64,000 bases of DNA from Dehalococcoidia bacterium. GTDB lineage: Bacteria; Chloroflexota; Dehalococcoidia; Lucifugimonadales; QGNO01. The notes under the pieces were generated by a model. It saw only the letters and a list, made by a program, of their open reading frames with translations, was not told where the DNA came from and searched no databases. Location of the stretch: NCBI GenBank assembly GCA_965248955.1, contig OZ252212.1, positions 959,042 to 1,023,041 of the forward strand, given 5' to 3'. How positions within the stretch are numbered: the stretch's first letter is position 1; each line of letters opens with the position of its first letter. Positions 36,481 to 46,691 of this stretch are shown here, one piece after another. The position numbers were made by a program, and so were the translations under genes.

Positions 36481-37047
36481 GTGCCTATTCAGCCTGAAAT
36501 AGAGACGGAGAGACTGGTCCTTCGACCGTTTACCCAGGCAGACGCGCCGGCAGTTCAGCGGATGGCAAGCTCGGTGGAGATTGCGAGTACTACACGCTTG
36601 ATACCACATCCTTACAAAGATGGGATGGCGGGAGATTGGATCAGCAGCCATTCGAGTGATTTTGCCAGCCAAAAAGCCGTCCATTACGCCATAGTGGTTA
36701 AAGAACGTGATGTGCTGTGCTGCGCAATCTCCGTGACGCTACATATGGAGCATAAGCGCGGTGATCTGGGGTACTGGATAGGCGAGGAACACTGGAACCG
36801 TGGTTACGCCACTGAGGCTACTGAAAGTATAATCGAATTCTGTTTTGCTCACCTGAATCTGAACAAGATATTTGCTCAATACATGAAGCATAACCTAGCC
36901 TCAGAACGAGTGCTGGAGAAGTGTGGCATGAAGTACGAAGGCATACTGCGGCAGCACTACGTCAAGTGGGGTCAGTACGTCGATATGGGCGCGTTCGGGT
37001 TGCTTGCTGAGGAATGGCGTCAATCCAAAGCACGTGAGCAGCCATGA
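36481..37047 (+). CDS. GNAT family N-acetyltransferase (RimJ/RimL-like)
   Basis: IETERLVLRPFTQADA start and YWIGEEHWNRGYATEA core. The stop overlaps the chrA start. Confidence 0.85.
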   Translation: MPIQPEIETERLVLRPFTQADAPAVQRMASSVEIASTTRLIPHPYKDGMAGDWISSHSSDFASQKAVHYAIVVKERDVLCCAISVTLHMEHKRGDLGYWIGEEHWNRGYATEATESIIEFCFAHLNLNKIFAQYMKHNLASERVLEKCGMKYEGILRQHYVKWGQYVDMGAFGLLAEEWRQSKAREQP

Positions 37048-38249
37048 CGACTGACACACCAAAAGGCTGGCTCCCGCGCATGTGGGAAGTGCTTTTCGTA
37101 ACGACGCGGCTGGGGCTGACCTCGTTCGGCGGGCCCGTGGCTCACCTGGGTTACTTTCGAGAAGAGTACGTGCAGCGTCGGAAGTGGCTGGACGAACATG
37201 CCTACGCCGACATAGTCGCCCTCTGCCAGTTCCTGCCGGGTCCCGCAAGCAGCCAGGTGGGCATCGCGGTGGGCATGATGCGCGCCGGGCTGCTGGGCGG
37301 TTTCGTTGCCTGGCTTGGTTTTACACTGCCCTCCGCCGCTGCGCTCATCCTATTCGCCTACGGGGTCACCTCGTTTGATATAGCCGATGCGGGTTGGCTG
37401 CACGGCCTGAAGGTTGTGGCGGTTGCGGTGGTTGCCCTGGCGGTTTGGGGAATGGCGAGAAATCTCTGCCCGGACAGGCCCCGTGTTACCCTTGCCGTTC
37501 TGGCGGCCATAGCTATACTGGCTGCACCCAATGCCTTGCTCCAGGTGGCGGTTATCGCGGCGGGCGGGATGCTGGGATGGCTGTTTCTCCGCGGCGAACA
37601 ATCCGAGACGGCGACGGGAAGCAGACCCCCCATTGCTCGCGGCCTGGCCATCGCCTCGCTGGCGGTTTTCACCGTCTTGCTGATCGGCCTTCCCCTGCTT
37701 CGACAGGTGATATCGTACGAAGCTCTGGAGATTTTCGACAGCTTCTTCCGCGCCGGGTCGCTGGTGTTCGGCGGCGGGCACGTGGTCCTGCCGCTGCTCC
37801 AGGCAGAGGTGGTGCCGCCGGGCTGGATCAGCAACGACGCATTCATTGCGGGATACGGCGCGGCGCAGGCGGTGCCGGGGCCTCTGTTCACCTTTGCCGC
37901 CTACCTGGGAACGGTCATGGAGGATACGCCTGCCCGCTGGATGGGGGGCGTCTTTACCCTGGCCGCCATCTTCCTGCCATCGTTCTTTCTAGTCACGGCG
38001 GTTTTGCCCTTCTGGGACAGGCTGCGGAGCATGGGCAATTTCCGGAGGGCGCTGATGGGCATCAACGCCGCCGTGGTGGGTCTGTTGCTAGCTGCGCTGT
38101 ACGACCCTGTGTGGACGAGCGCCATCCTTGGACCCGCCGACTTTGCACTGGGCCTGGCCTCCTTCTTGCTGCTTGCCTTCTGGAAGTTCCCGCCGTGGCT
38201 GGTGGTGATACTCGCCGCCCTGGGGGGTCAGCTGATCAGCCTTCTGTAG
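37044..38249 (+). CDS. chrA: Chromate transporter ChrA (two CHR domains)
   Basis: SFGGPVAHLGYFREE...FLPGPASSQ, and a second half with FGGGHVVLPLL...AVPGPLFTFAAYLG. Confidence 0.85.
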   Translation: MTTDTPKGWLPRMWEVLFVTTRLGLTSFGGPVAHLGYFREEYVQRRKWLDEHAYADIVALCQFLPGPASSQVGIAVGMMRAGLLGGFVAWLGFTLPSAAALILFAYGVTSFDIADAGWLHGLKVVAVAVVALAVWGMARNLCPDRPRVTLAVLAAIAILAAPNALLQVAVIAAGGMLGWLFLRGEQSETATGSRPPIARGLAIASLAVFTVLLIGLPLLRQVISYEALEIFDSFFRAGSLVFGGGHVVLPLLQAEVVPPGWISNDAFIAGYGAAQAVPGPLFTFAAYLGTVMEDTPARWMGGVFTLAAIFLPSFFLVTAVLPFWDRLRSMGNFRRALMGINAAVVGLLLAALYDPVWTSAILGPADFALGLASFLLLAFWKFPPWLVVILAALGGQLISLL

Positions 38250-38472
38250 CAGTGCCCGCCCGCAGAATGAATAGGAGCCTAATAACCCATTGACCTGCCA
38301 CTCACACCTCTAGCCTTGAAAGAAACATAACGTTGGAAACAAATCCCTTATCACCAAAAATTTCCTTCTCTATAACATCCAAGCAAGGGGGCTGGTCTGG
38401 CCATATACATCAGGACAAGAGAAGACGTATACTCACTGGCTGAAATGACTTCTAGCAACTAGGAGAACCTAT

Positions 38473-39060
38473 ATGCAGAGCGGTACCAGGCACATGACTC
38501 TAGTAGATGCACTAATTCCACGGAGCACGCCCTGGCTAGACTACTCAATCGACGTTTTACTGGTTGTAGGGTACGCGGCCTTGACAGGGCTTTCCGCCCA
38601 AGTAGCGTACTATATCAATCCGGCGGTACCAATCACGGGACAAACGTTCGCTGTGCTGCTTTCCGGGGCGGCGCTGGGCAGTAGGCGTGGCATGGCCAGT
38701 ATGTTGGTCTACTTAGGAGCGGGCATAGCTGGCCTGCCGGTATTCGCTCCAAGCGGGGCGATTCCAGATGCCAGTCGGGGGTACTTGATTGGCTTCGTAC
38801 TGGCGGCGGCAATAGTAGGTTACCTCGTGGAACGTGGCTGGGGGCGCAACCCGCTAAAATTGCTGGGCGCCATGTTTCTAGGCGAAGTGGCCATATACGC
38901 AGCGGGGCTGCCCTGGCTTGCGTTTTACGTGCCGGGTGACAAGGTCCTTGAGTGGGGACTGACCCCGTTTATTCCAGGGGACGCCATAAAAATGGTGATG
39001 GCGGCGTTGGCAGTACCAACGGCGTGGATAGCGATACGCAAGATCAAGGGAGGGGGTTGA
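38473..39060 (+). CDS. bioY: Biotin transporter BioY
   Basis: VPITGQTFAVLLSGAALGSRRG...GLPVFA and FIPGDAIK motifs. Confidence 0.85.
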   Translation: MQSGTRHMTLVDALIPRSTPWLDYSIDVLLVVGYAALTGLSAQVAYYINPAVPITGQTFAVLLSGAALGSRRGMASMLVYLGAGIAGLPVFAPSGAIPDASRGYLIGFVLAAAIVGYLVERGWGRNPLKLLGAMFLGEVAIYAAGLPWLAFYVPGDKVLEWGLTPFIPGDAIKMVMAALAVPTAWIAIRKIKGGG

Positions 39061-39216
39061 CACAATGGTCTACACCAGCAGGGGGCCAATAGAGACATAG
39101 TCCTTGTCCCTACAGCCAGGGGAAAGTCCTTAACAGGCGTTCGCAATAAATTAAGAACAACAGCTCTGCAGCAATGAGAGCTTGTGCAGGGCTGTCCTCG
39201 TCTAGCCCAGATAACT

Positions 39217-40317
39217 TCAGGAAGACCCCTGTTGCTGCGGTCTGAAAGCGCCGCGCCAGTCTCGCGATGAGTCCAACTGAGGAATCTCCGGTTTGGGAAC
39301 GGAACTCTCCACAGTACCCGCCCACTCCTTGGCGGAGGCAATCAGTTGGTCCTCTATATCGTAGGCAAGGGGGTCCGCCATGAGAACCTGCATCTGTTCA
39401 TGGTCAAGGCTGGACCAGCTGTCCACCATCCACCTGGCCGAGCGCCGCATACCTTCATCTGGCGGGACAAGGTCCGTGTAGCCCAGCAGCTTCTTCATGC
39501 TGTAGACGCTGAGCTGACCGGTGCGCCGCGTAGAATAGCCGCCGGCTAGATCATACGCCATGGGATGACTTATCTCTATCATCTCGAACTCATGATCAAG
39601 CGCCTCAGCAACAATGCGAACCGTGTCCCTGACGGTATATCCCACTTCGTCGACGGAGTTGAAGATATGGCCGTCGCCTTCCGATTTGTCGCAGCCAAGG
39701 AGAACCATGTGGGCGGCGTTCTCGGCATAGCAGGTGAGGCGGAGCTGGCTTCCATCGCCGGGGATTATGATACGCTTGCGCCCGTCCAGTACGCGCTTGA
39801 CAATTGACCACATCCACTGTCGGGGTGCCCTTGGCCCGTACACCGAAGTATAACGGAACATAACGGCGGCAAAATCGCCGTTGCGGTGGTGATCCATTAC
39901 CTGCCGCTCGGTGTGCGCAATAGCGAAACCATATGGGTTGAGGTCGCGCTCCGTGTAGGTGGGGAACTCCTCAGGAAGGGGTAGCTCCAACCCCTGGGGG
40001 AAGGTCAAATGCTCCGGGCGGATGAAGCTGGGACCGCCTGCGCCAACCAGTTTGTGAGTACGGCCCGCAACCACGTCGGCGATATGGCGAAGGCGGCCAT
40101 ACATCGATACGACTATGTCCCAGGCCTGGCCTTCTACGTCTCTTTCAAAGGTCTCCTTGGTGAAGGGGTCGCCGTGCACGTGGCTATGGACTTGGGGAAG
40201 GTCGTCAGGCTCATGGAAGCCGCGATGATACATGGTGACCTCATAGCCACGATCCAGGAGCCCCTGAACGATCAATGGCCCGGTGGGGCCCGTGCCGCCC
40301 ACAACTAAAGCCTTCAT
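39217..40317 (-). CDS. NAD(P)-binding epimerase/dehydratase-family protein
   Basis: I placed the start at MKALVVGGTGPTG because GGAGG lies 8 nt upstream; the ORF track extends to 40419. Confidence 0.8.
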   Translation of the reverse strand: MKALVVGGTGPTGPLIVQGLLDRGYEVTMYHRGFHEPDDLPQVHSHVHGDPFTKETFERDVEGQAWDIVVSMYGRLRHIADVVAGRTHKLVGAGGPSFIRPEHLTFPQGLELPLPEEFPTYTERDLNPYGFAIAHTERQVMDHHRNGDFAAVMFRYTSVYGPRAPRQWMWSIVKRVLDGRKRIIIPGDGSQLRLTCYAENAAHMVLLGCDKSEGDGHIFNSVDEVGYTVRDTVRIVAEALDHEFEMIEISHPMAYDLAGGYSTRRTGQLSVYSMKKLLGYTDLVPPDEGMRRSARWMVDSWSSLDHEQMQVLMADPLAYDIEDQLIASAKEWAGTVESSVPKPEIPQLDSSRDWRGAFRPQQQGSS

Positions 40318-40589
40318 CTTGCCACCTCCTTCAATACTCTGGGACATCGAGAGTGACATAGGCATAACACCGCCACGGAACACTGTCAAGGAGCGAGTTG
40401 AGAGGTGGCTCATGGTCATTCTTGCAAATTCCGGAACGGAGCGGGACCCCGTTTCCGTTCATGGCGTGGGTGAGGAGAGGAATTGTTTCTAACGTTATGC
40501 CTACTCCAAAGCTAGGAAATGAGTTTTTTTGAGAAATATGGGAAACAAATCCGACATTCGACGTTTGATGGCATGATTTCGCAACGTTT

Positions 40590-40886
40590 CTAGCGGCGGA
40601 TGTTATTGATAATCTCATTGATCTCCATTGTGCGGACGAGAGTGTTGATGGCCCGGAACAGCAGGTCCGGGGGAGCATCGGGATTGGAGACAAGGCGGCG
40701 GATCTTGAGCCGGAGCAAGGCTATCTCACCCTGGAGGTCTTTGAGATAGACGGCGTTCTGAAGGGGCTCCCGCTCTTTCTCCCTGAGGGAGGATGAGTAG
40801 AAGCCGTGGGTGCGGGCGTTCTGGTTGCCGAGCGGCGCGCCACGCCGACGTTGTACGGGCTGCTCAGTGCTTTTCTGCAAGTCCAT
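40590..40886 (-). CDS. Hypothetical small protein with GNQNARTHG motif
   Basis: 98-aa ORF. The APLGNQNARTHGFY motif recurs in small phage- or mobile-element-associated proteins. Function is unknown. Confidence 0.4.
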   Translation of the reverse strand: MDLQKSTEQPVQRRRGAPLGNQNARTHGFYSSSLREKEREPLQNAVYLKDLQGEIALLRLKIRRLVSNPDAPPDLLFRAINTLVRTMEINEIINNIRR

Positions 40887-41008
40887 AAGCTAACGGTATA
40901 GGGTGCAGAGGGGTGTGGGGAAGGAGGAGGTGTCAGGGGTCTCCGGAGGCTCCGTCACCGGGGGCTCAAATGGGGCTGAAGAGGCCAGAGGTTAAGGAAC
41001 TAGACGAG

Positions 41009-41242
41009 CTACCTGCGCTGAATTAGCTTTACAAGCCCATCTCTGCCAAGAGCGGTTTGTTTGGGGCCTAGAATGGATTGGAGTGTACCCATAGGGAGGC
41101 TAGCGCTGGTGTCCTTAACTACAGTCGTTCTAGCCTCCTTTTGTAGAAAGACACCGTGATTGCTACGTCGGACTATCTCCCAGCCATCTGCTAACAATAG
41201 CTTGATAAGCTCTCTGCCAGAGATAGCCGAGAGAGATGGCAT
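41009..41242 (-). CDS. hicA: HicA-family toxin (YcfA-like mRNA interferase)
   Basis: 77 aa. SGRELIKLLLADGWEIVRRSNHGVFL fits the HicA pattern. It lies 3 nt downstream of the HicB-like gene. Confidence 0.65.
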   Translation of the reverse strand: MPSLSAISGRELIKLLLADGWEIVRRSNHGVFLQKEARTTVVKDTSASLPMGTLQSILGPKQTALGRDGLVKLIQRR

Positions 41243-41245
41243 TTT

Positions 41246-41635
41246 TCAAACGCCTAGGAGAGCTTGTTCCCCTTCGGCCCGGTCGATTGGAAAGCCACGT
41301 GGCTGGAGTAGCAAGTCATGGTCAGGCTCGATGATTCCTCTAATCAAGTCATCCCAAGTAGGATCGCCGTCACTGCGAAGCACAATCTCCTTTGGAGAGG
41401 TATTAGCGGGATGGAGCTTGATGCCCCACTCATTGAAAAAGCGCTCTCGTTGTCCAGTCTCATCCAGCACATTGAGATGCTCTGTCACCAACTCGGTTAA
41501 TTCCTGCTGGCATTGCTCCAGTGTGTCAGCAAATGTACTGGTGCTTAACTCCAGACAGACGCCGACCCAGTTGGCGCCCTCACGAGAGTATTGCAAAGTG
41601 AGGATAACGTGACCCGCTACTGTGCCTGGCTCCAT
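41246..41635 (-). CDS. hicB: HicB-like antitoxin (N-terminal HicB fold, unassigned C-terminus)
   Basis: NWVGVCLELSTSTFADTLEQCQQELTELVTEHL fits the HicB/UPF0150 fold. I recognised no RHH or HTH in the C-terminal ~60 aa. Confidence 0.55.
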   Translation of the reverse strand: MEPGTVAGHVILTLQYSREGANWVGVCLELSTSTFADTLEQCQQELTELVTEHLNVLDETGQRERFFNEWGIKLHPANTSPKEIVLRSDGDPTWDDLIRGIIEPDHDLLLQPRGFPIDRAEGEQALLGV

Positions 41636-41734
41636 AGCACCCTCCTAGTCTCAACTAATGCGTTCTATAGGCATTTTGTGCTCTTTTGGCCTATTGTACA
41701 AGGCCTAGACCCCCGCTGCTGGTTTGCGTCGGTT

Positions 41735-41895
41735 CCTCGCAATGACGTAGGGGGTGTGCTCCTCAGAATGATGACGCCCACAGCCAGATTGCTTCGCCAT
41801 GTGATTGGCTCGCAATGACGAAGGGGGTGCTTCTCAGAATGACGGAGGGGCGATGGATTCCCGTGTCGAGCACGGGAATGACGGTGTGGGGAACG
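41735..41895. repeat. Five copies of AATGA(TGA)CG-N(1-4)-GGGG in the hicBA/pepN divergent intergenic region
   Basis: Motifs lie at about 41741, 41766, 41814, 41838 and 41877. A ~40-nt unit ctcgcaatgacgNagggggtg..ctcagaatga..cg is duplicated at 41737 and 41809. Confidence 0.7.
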
Positions 41896-41905
41896 TACGG
41901 GGTGA

Positions 41906-41939
41906 GCGGGGCATCCCCCGCCTGCGGGGGATGCCCCGC
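41906..41939. other. Perfect GC-rich inverted repeat (16-bp arms)
   Basis: gcggggcatcccccgc-ct-gcgggggatgccccgc. No T-tract follows on either strand, so it is not an obvious intrinsic terminator. Confidence 0.8.
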
Positions 41940-42013
41940 GTCTGTCCTCAACTATGGCATTGTGTTACCTTAACTCCTGCCCTAAACGACTTAGCGAGAC
42001 GAGGTAGAACCCC

Positions 42014-44602
42014 ATGGCAAATACGCAAGACCGTGTGATACTGCCCCAGCATTCACATCCCTTGAAATATGACATCACACTGTCTCCCGACCTGGAGAAA
42101 TTCACTTTCACCGGCAATGAGGCCATAGACGTTGAAATTACAGAGCCCACCGCCACTTTGTCCCTAAACGCAGCCGATTTAGAGGTGCAATCGGCGTCCG
42201 TTACGCCGGCCGACGGCGGAATGAAGCAGGCAAGCGGCATAAGCTACAACGAAGAAGCTCAGACGGTTACCTTCAATTTTAGAGAGGAACTGCCCACCGG
42301 CCGCGCCAAACTCGAACTGAGCTTCAGCGGAGAGCTGAACGATAGGCTGCACGGCTTCTACCGCAGCACATACCAGCCGGCAAATGGCGAAACGCGGGTC
42401 CTGGCGGCCACACAGTTTGAGCCGACAGACGCAAGGCGGGCCTTCCCCTGCTGGGATGAGCCCAACAAGAAAGCCACCTTCAACATAACGCTGGTCATTC
42501 CGTCGCACCTCACCGCCGTGTGCAATACGTCGATATCCAGCGAGTCGGCGGAAGGCAACGACAAGAAGCGAGTTCAGTTTGCCGAAACGCCGCCGATGTC
42601 CACATACCTGCTGGCCTTTGTGGTTGGCGAATTGGAATCTATAGAGGACACGGCGGACAGCGGGACGCTGTTGAGGATATGGACGACACCGGGGAAATCG
42701 GAACAGGGGCGTTTTGCACTGGAGGCGGCTAAACGGTTGCTGGCCTACTATAACGACTACTTCGGGATCCCGTATCCACTGGAGAAGCTGGATCAACTGG
42801 CGATACCGGACTTCGCGGCAGGGGCAATGGAGAACTGGGGCGCCATCACATACCGGGAGGTGGCCCTGCTGTTCGACGCAGAGAACTCCTCCCCAAGGGC
42901 GCGCCAGCTCATTGCGGAGGTGGTTGCTCACGAAATGGCGCACATGTGGTTCGGCGACCTGGTAACCATGGACTGGTGGAACGATCTATGGCTCAACGAA
43001 AGCTTTGCTTCATGGATGGCAACCAAGGCGGTAGACCATCTCTACCCGGAATGGGACCTGTGGACGCAATTTGTATCGTCGGACGTGAATGCGGGGTTGG
43101 GACTAGACGGCCTGGAGAGTTCACACCCCATAGAGCAAGAGGTAAAGGACCCCGCCGAAATCAACCAGCTCTTTGACGCCATCAGCTACCAGAAAGGAGC
43201 CTCCATCCTACGGATGCTGGAACAGTTCCTTGGCCCGGAGCAGTTCAGAAAAGGGCTGCGCCGGTACATCTCAGAGCATATCTACAAAAACGCCACGGGT
43301 ACGGACCTCTGGTCGGCAATGCAAGAAGAAACGGGACAGCCGGTGGTGGCAATGATGGAAAGCTGGATCAACCAGGTGGGATACCCCGTCCTCAACGTGG
43401 ACGTAAACCGCGCAGATACGGCGTCCATAGGGCTGACCCAGCAACGCTTCCTCTACTCCGGGCCAAACCAGGACCCCACACTATGGCAGATCCCGGTAAG
43501 AGCAACCGTTCAAGGCATGACGGAGCCGGTGTCCATGGTGATGAGCAACAGGGAAGCTGCCTTGGAAGCCCAGCCGCCACACGGAATCAGCGATTTTTGG
43601 GTGAAGGTCAATTCCGAACAGACCGGCTTCTACAGAGTCCAGTACAAGCAGGAAGACCTGGACATGCTGATACCGGCGGTGGAGTCTCTGGAGCTGCCCA
43701 GCGCCGACCGGCTGGGGTTGCAGGCGGACGCCTACGCACTGGCAAGGGCGGGGCTGATCCCGGCGACACGGTTCTTGGACCTAGTCAGTGCCTATGGACA
43801 GGAGACCGAGTACCCAGTATGGGCCGATCTCACGGCCAATCTACGCGGCCTGGCATCGCTCATTGCCCAAGAGCCCTACTACCAGCGATACCAGGAGTTC
43901 GGCAGAGGCCTGCTCAGCGACATAGCTCACAAAGTGGGCTGGGAGAAAGAAGTGGAAGAAGGGCATCTGCGAACCCTGCTGCGCAGCACCGTCCTAGGGC
44001 AGATGGGAGCATTCGGTGACATGGAGGCACTGGAAGAGGCACAACAACGGTTCCACCGCTACCTGGAGGACCCATCTTCGCTGTCACCGGACATGCGCGG
44101 TGCAGTGTACAACCTGGCGGCATACGGGGGAGACGGCAATACGTACACGTCCCTGGAGCGCCTCCACGACGAGGCGGACTTACAGGAAGAGAAGGTGCGC
44201 CTGCTGATGGCCCTGTCCAGCTTCCAAGACCAGGAACTGCTGCAAAAAACCATCGAGATGTCGCTGTCGGAAAAGGTGCGATCGCAGGACAGCGTAGCCC
44301 TGGTCAATTTCGTGGCCAGCAACCCCAAAAACGGCAGAGAGACCGCCTGGGACTATGCCAAAAGGAACTGGCAAGAGCTCGACAGACGGTACGGGGCGGG
44401 TGGCTTCGCCATGATGCGACTCGTGCAGATCACGGGCGGTTTCACCACGCCTGAGGCGCGCCAAGACGTGGAGGATTTCTTCCAACAGCACCCCACGCCC
44501 TCGGCAAGCCGCACGATTCAGCAGTCTCTGGAGCGGATAGGGCTGAATATACGCTGGCTGGAGCAGAACAAGGCGGGCCTGGCGGAGTGGTCTGGGATGT
44601 GA
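42014..44602 (+). CDS. pepN: Aminopeptidase N (M1 family)
   Basis: GAMENWG exopeptidase motif and HEMAHMWFGDLVTMDWWNDLWLNESFA zinc site, 862 aa. Confidence 0.95.
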   Translation: MANTQDRVILPQHSHPLKYDITLSPDLEKFTFTGNEAIDVEITEPTATLSLNAADLEVQSASVTPADGGMKQASGISYNEEAQTVTFNFREELPTGRAKLELSFSGELNDRLHGFYRSTYQPANGETRVLAATQFEPTDARRAFPCWDEPNKKATFNITLVIPSHLTAVCNTSISSESAEGNDKKRVQFAETPPMSTYLLAFVVGELESIEDTADSGTLLRIWTTPGKSEQGRFALEAAKRLLAYYNDYFGIPYPLEKLDQLAIPDFAAGAMENWGAITYREVALLFDAENSSPRARQLIAEVVAHEMAHMWFGDLVTMDWWNDLWLNESFASWMATKAVDHLYPEWDLWTQFVSSDVNAGLGLDGLESSHPIEQEVKDPAEINQLFDAISYQKGASILRMLEQFLGPEQFRKGLRRYISEHIYKNATGTDLWSAMQEETGQPVVAMMESWINQVGYPVLNVDVNRADTASIGLTQQRFLYSGPNQDPTLWQIPVRATVQGMTEPVSMVMSNREAALEAQPPHGISDFWVKVNSEQTGFYRVQYKQEDLDMLIPAVESLELPSADRLGLQADAYALARAGLIPATRFLDLVSAYGQETEYPVWADLTANLRGLASLIAQEPYYQRYQEFGRGLLSDIAHKVGWEKEVEEGHLRTLLRSTVLGQMGAFGDMEALEEAQQRFHRYLEDPSSLSPDMRGAVYNLAAYGGDGNTYTSLERLHDEADLQEEKVRLLMALSSFQDQELLQKTIEMSLSEKVRSQDSVALVNFVASNPKNGRETAWDYAKRNWQELDRRYGAGGFAMMRLVQITGGFTTPEARQDVEDFFQQHPTPSASRTIQQSLERIGLNIRWLEQNKAGLAEWSGM

Positions 44603-44661
44603 CGGGCTGCACAGGTCATGTCACATCGACCAGCACGGTTCAAGCGGACGTTAGCCCGGCC

Positions 44662-44952
44662 TCACACAGAAGCAATAATACTCTGGTACTCGTCTTCCGT
44701 GAATGCCTTCAAGGTGGTGGTTCGGATATTGCCCTGGGCGCCCAGCTTGAGCAATATTGCTGCCGCGGCTTCATCGCTGGGGAGTTCCACCAAGCACGCG
44801 AAGTCGTATTGCCCCATGGTTAGGTAGAAGAAGATCACACTGCCCCCCGCATCCTTCACAGCTTGATCAGCTGCCTGAAGACGGTTGGGAGAATCCTTGA
44901 TGTTCCGTATCCCCTGGTCCGTATAGTTGCCCAACACCAGATAGCTTGCCAT
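44662..44952 (-). CDS. GYD domain-containing protein
   Basis: 96 aa. YLVLGNYTDQG...TMGQYDFACLVELPSDEAA is typical of the GYD family. Confidence 0.8.
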   Translation of the reverse strand: MASYLVLGNYTDQGIRNIKDSPNRLQAADQAVKDAGGSVIFFYLTMGQYDFACLVELPSDEAAAAILLKLGAQGNIRTTTLKAFTEDEYQSIIASV

Positions 44953-45028
44953 AGCCCACCCCTATTCTAATTTCGAGACAGACTGAGAATATCTCCGGCC
45001 CATTGATGTGTCAATTTCCCGCGTTGCT

Positions 45029-45322
45029 TCAGACGCTCCAGCGCAGATCGCAAGAGCTGCACCGGTAACCGCGAACGCTCCTGTAGATGAGAACGGCAGC
45101 AATCACGGTTATGACTACATAAACAGCAATGGCGCCCAGCCAGAGAATGCCCCCATGCAACAGTCCTACTATGAGCCACAATATAGAGGTCAGCCAGAGC
45201 AAAGTCAGCCACAGCCCTGCCCGCCTGCGCCAAGCCACCGCCTGGGGACGCCAGGGTACATACACAGCAGGACTATGGCAACGTGGACATTCGGCAAACC
45301 GCTTTGGACTGGATGGCTGCAT
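45029..45322 (-). CDS. Small membrane protein with split CxxC...CxxC zinc-ribbon
   Basis: 97 aa. CPRC at the N-terminus, two hydrophobic helices, and CSSC at the C-terminus. Confidence 0.4.
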   Translation of the reverse strand: MQPSSPKRFAECPRCHSPAVYVPWRPQAVAWRRRAGLWLTLLWLTSILWLIVGLLHGGILWLGAIAVYVVITVIAAVLIYRSVRGYRCSSCDLRWSV

Positions 45323-45337
45323 GCCTTGATTGTACAG

Positions 45338-46624
45338 CTACAGGCCCTGAACGGGACGTCCGCGGAACGCGCCAGCAACGTGAGTTGCCAGATCTCTAAT
45401 ACCGTCTCTGCGCCGTCCGTCGACAATCAACAGGAGCAAAGCCAGAGATAGGAGTAGCGCTGATACGGCTAACCGTTGCTCGGTACCGGAGAAGACAAGC
45501 TGGGTAATGAATAAAGCCAGCAGTAGGCCCATACCCCTCCAGGAAGCATACAAGCGAAGCACCAGAACAACAGCAAAAACGGTTTGAGCCATGGTCAGAA
45601 TAAGCTCCACCTGCTGCCTGTGGCCTGAGACTCCAAGAAGAGTGATCGATTCGCCGGTCGTCAAGGGGAGTGCGGCAACGCCTCCAAAACCAAGGCTGTA
45701 GGCAATGGGCAAACTGCCTAGCAAGAGGGTCCACTGGTTAACCGTGGCCGACACCAGCATGATCAACGCCGCACCGGGCGCCCCTCTCAGCGCAAAGTAG
45801 CTGGCAATAAGCATTTCAGGCGCCTCGGAAGCAAGCGGGGCCAGCCACTGGATGAGGACGAATTCATCTATTCCAAACTGGGTGCCGGTATCTATCAGTC
45901 CTTCGGCGAATAGCTCCGTGGAAAAGATGATCACTCCTATGGCATATAGGAATATGAGAACAATGGCTACCCTGCGTCCGGTCACCCCGAAAGAGGCTAT
46001 GGCGCGTGAAGGGCCAATGAGGTCCGGCTCGGAGTGATCGCCTCGGCCACTGAGCCAGATGTATACGCCGAAAAGGGGAAGGAGAACGGCAGTGTCCCAC
46101 AAAGAGATCTCGCCCTTCATCACAATGAACATTGCATACAGGGCGCCGACGACAAGGAAGGCAATCTCTGGCGATACGCCAGTGGTCAGGGACACGTTTT
46201 GCTTGCGCTTGAACCAGAAGAGCAAAACAACCAGGGGCCAGCCCAATCCCACGATGAGCCTGTTTCCTCCCGTCATGTTGGCGGTGGCGTACGAAGAGTA
46301 GAGGGATGACGGATCATTACCGGCCTGCCAGGCAAGGAATAAGTCCACCGCTAATTCGGGGAGCACGGCCACCAGGGCAACAATGGCCAGGGCCAGCCCT
46401 TGGGATATGTCGATCTCGGCGACTTCCGAAGCCCAGGCAAGCAAAGCGGCGGCTCCTACTATGCCGACCCCGAAAACGATGCTACCTATCCATGGAAGGA
46501 GGTCCGGCTTCCCTGTAAGAATGACCAGCCAGCTGATGACAACCGCGGGGATACCCATACCAATGGCAACAGCAAGCAATGCCCAGTTGTGCATGCCGGT
46601 CCCGGTCGAGGAGCTTTCTTCCAC
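45338..46624 (-). CDS. Cation/proton (Ca2+/Na+) antiporter, CaCA-like
   Basis: Polytopic, 428 aa. Two alpha-repeat-like segments (AVLPELAVDL and LASEAPEMLIA). Confidence 0.65.
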   Translation of the reverse strand: MEESSSTGTGMHNWALLAVAIGMGIPAVVISWLVILTGKPDLLPWIGSIVFGVGIVGAAALLAWASEVAEIDISQGLALAIVALVAVLPELAVDLFLAWQAGNDPSSLYSSYATANMTGGNRLIVGLGWPLVVLLFWFKRKQNVSLTTGVSPEIAFLVVGALYAMFIVMKGEISLWDTAVLLPLFGVYIWLSGRGDHSEPDLIGPSRAIASFGVTGRRVAIVLIFLYAIGVIIFSTELFAEGLIDTGTQFGIDEFVLIQWLAPLASEAPEMLIASYFALRGAPGAALIMLVSATVNQWTLLLGSLPIAYSLGFGGVAALPLTTGESITLLGVSGHRQQVELILTMAQTVFAVVLVLRLYASWRGMGLLLALFITQLVFSGTEQRLAVSALLLSLALLLLIVDGRRRDGIRDLATHVAGAFRGRPVQGL

Positions 46625-46640
46625 TGACCCTACCTCACAA

Positions 46641-46665
46641 GAAAAAGCCCGCTCTACGGGCTTCT
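46641..46665 (-). terminator. Rho-independent terminator downstream of the greA-like gene
   Basis: On the minus strand the hairpin gaagcccg-tagag-cgggcttc is followed by TTTTTCTTG. Confidence 0.75.
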
Positions 46666-46691
46666 TATTTATAAACGTAGGGTCTGAGTAA

